A stretch of DNA of 37,292 bases from an uncultured Candidatus Saccharibacteria bacterium (GTDB lineage: Bacteria > Patescibacteriota > Minisyncoccia > Minisyncoccales > Minisyncoccaceae), in assembly GCA_964431785.1 (NCBI GenBank), contig CAYSKM010000001.1:4272-41563 (forward strand). The letters run 5' to 3'. Shown here piece after piece: positions 35,628-37,292 of this stretch; the first letter of the stretch is position 1, and each line of letters begins with the position of its first letter. The translations under genes were made by a program, and so were the position numbers. The notes beneath the pieces were generated by a model. It saw only the letters and a program-made list of their open reading frames with translations. It had not been told where the DNA came from and made no database searches.

Positions 35628-36218
35628 TTACCATTTTGCCTTATGTAGTCCCATATTATAGCCTATTCTATTAAATGCAACATGAATAAAGAATGTTAAG
35701 AAAAATAATGAAATCCAAACATTAATATGTAAATGATAAATGGGTTGCAGTAAAATAAAGCATCCAATAACATAGTTTGTTTGATCAAAGGGCATAAAAG
35801 GAAATCCTGGTTTAATATTAATACGTCTTTTAATAAAAGCAAATACTAAATCCCCAATGATTGTTCCTAGAGAAAGAAGAAGTCCGAATATTATGGGGCT
35901 AAGAAGGTATTGATCGAATCCAATTGTTTCATAAAGGTTTAAATTTAAATGTTCGTGAATTAAGAATAATATTTGAAAATATCCTGTTCCAATTATTATT
36001 TCTGATACAACACCCCTCCATGTTTTATGTGTTCCAAGTAGATCATTTTTTCCTAGTTTTTTGCCATTATCAATAGGAGTGGCTAGTTTTTCAATCAATT
36101 TAGTGTTGTTGGCAATCAGAGGAGGCGCTCCGTTAGCCATATAGGCTGGAAGGAAAAAGTAAATAATAGAAGCAATGTATAGGAGTATGTAGTATGTTTG
36201 GCTTATGATGTTGTCCAT
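35628..36218 (-). CDS. CarS-like (CDP-archaeol synthase/DUF46) cytidylyltransferase
   Basis: LPAYMANGAPP, PIDNG, LGTHKTWRG, GDLVFAFIKRRINIKPG, FDQ, C-terminal GLHKAKW. Confidence 0.85.
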   Translation of the reverse strand: MDNIISQTYYILLYIASIIYFFLPAYMANGAPPLIANNTKLIEKLATPIDNGKKLGKNDLLGTHKTWRGVVSEIIIGTGYFQILFLIHEHLNLNLYETIGFDQYLLSPIIFGLLLSLGTIIGDLVFAFIKRRINIKPGFPFMPFDQTNYVIGCFILLQPIYHLHINVWISLFFLTFFIHVAFNRIGYNMGLHKAKW

Positions 36219-36226
36219 GTTACTTT

Positions 36227-36826
36227 TTAGAACTTGATAATTTTCTTTTCCTTTCCTTTAATTAATCTTTTAATATTTTCTCGGTGACTGTACCAGATTA
36301 TTGGTATGTAGATTAAGCCAAGAGCAAGATATGTTATTGATTCGGTTGCATAAAATAAAACTACGGGAATTATAAAAACAATAATTAAATTTGTTAAACT
36401 CATTATTTTAGTTGTGAATAGTATTGATAGCCAAATAAGTAAAAACATTAAAAAATTGGTAAAACCTATTATGCATAGCAGTGTGGCAAATATTGCAGAA
36501 ACAGCTTTTCCTCCTTTAAATTTTAACCATAAACTATACATACTTCCTGTTATGCCTGAAAGTGCAACGATTGAGATTTGCCAATCATTTAATCCTAAAT
36601 ACTGAGCTATTGCAATTGGAATAGCAATTTTTGCAATGTCGAGAATTGCAACTGCTAAAAAGTATACAAAACCAAGCGTTCTAAGTGTATTGGTGGCTCC
36701 GACATTTCCACTTCCCTTTTTTGTTAAATCAATTTTTTTTGTTTTTGCTATTAGGTAGCCAAATGGAATTGATCCAATTAAGTAAGCAAAGATTACTAAT
36801 GCTAGAATTATTATTTCTGTGTTCAT
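36227..36826 (-). CDS. plsY: Glycerol-3-phosphate acyltransferase PlsY, most canonical copy
   Basis: YLIGSIPFG, GSGNVGATNTLR, FKGGKAVS, HRENIKRLIKGKE. Confidence 0.93.
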   Translation of the reverse strand: MNTEIIILALVIFAYLIGSIPFGYLIAKTKKIDLTKKGSGNVGATNTLRTLGFVYFLAVAILDIAKIAIPIAIAQYLGLNDWQISIVALSGITGSMYSLWLKFKGGKAVSAIFATLLCIIGFTNFLMFLLIWLSILFTTKIMSLTNLIIVFIIPVVLFYATESITYLALGLIYIPIIWYSHRENIKRLIKGKEKKIIKF

Positions 36827-36911
36827 ATGATAATATTATAGCAGATAAATAAAAAAAGTTGAACTAAACTTATCCGCAATTATAAATGCAGTAATGAGGT
36901 TTTTGACAATT

Positions 36912-36939
36912 TAAATCCGGCTTTTGTTTGCCGGATTTA
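36912..36939. other. Perfect 10-bp inverted repeat (terminator-like hairpin or operator)
   Basis: TAAATCCGGC-8 nt-GCCGGATTTA upstream of the lipid cluster. Confidence 0.55.
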
Positions 36940-37024
36940 GAGCAGGAAACTTTAAGCCCGAATTGTGTGACATGATTATACTAGCTTGTTTGTAGAATAT
37001 TTGCAATAGCTTTATTTTGCTAAC

Positions 37025-37291
37025 TGTCCACATTATGTCCAGATTATCCCCTATTTTGTCCACATTATGTCCAGAAAATGCTCACTTTGCTTGATAATAC
37101 GTTTACTATTTGCTAATTAATAAATAAATTTCATATTTGTCAATATTGAATGATGGATTAGTTTGTTTGTATTTTTTCGGTTTTGTCCACATTATGTCCA
37201 GATTATCCCCTATTTTGTCCACATTATGTCCAGATTCTGTCCAGATTCTGTCCAGATTCTGTCCAGATTAATATACGTAAATATCTGGACA
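37025..37291. repeat. Array of TGTCCA(C/G)A DnaA-box-like repeats; candidate replication origin
   Basis: 11 direct copies (37025, 37036, 37057, 37068, 37184, 37195, 37216, 37227, 37238, 37249, 37260) and one inverted (37284-37291); a 51-bp block is duplicated exactly (37025-37075 = 37184-37234). Confidence 0.7.
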
Positions 37292-37292
37292 A

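Noticed and set aside
37025-37291. CRISPR array
   Set aside because: Repeats are 8-11 bp tandem units without unique spacers, and no cas genes are present.

Overview
This is an AT-rich bacterial chromosome segment using the standard code (TGA is a stop, e.g. 30595-30597). Gene content and style suggest Patescibacteria/CPR, Parcubacteria-like (inference). Left to right: (1) a CPR-type T4SS-like locus (VirB4-like ATPase, TraC-like, PrgI, VirB6/TrbL-like) interrupted by two opposite-strand genes, one SPFH-like; (2) a divergent ~12 kb operon with five VirB2/TrbC-like pilins fused to large Cys-rich extracellular domains with shuffled modules; (3) rsmA/ksgA split by a structured 152-nt out-of-frame gap flanked by matched CCA codons, a candidate programmed translational bypass; (4) LysM-M23 peptidase, TraR/DksA, a coiled-coil protein, pnp, rpsO, tRNA-Lys(CTT), a small pilin and tRNA-Arg(TCG); (5) a lipid-salvage cluster with three PlsY paralogs, two DegV/FakB, a DAK2(FakA)-DegV fusion, a CarS-like cytidylyltransferase and an MscS/CmpX-like membrane protein; (6) a terminal non-coding array of helically phased DnaA-box-like repeats (candidate oriC). 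Family calls come from motif recognition by eye; no database search was run.
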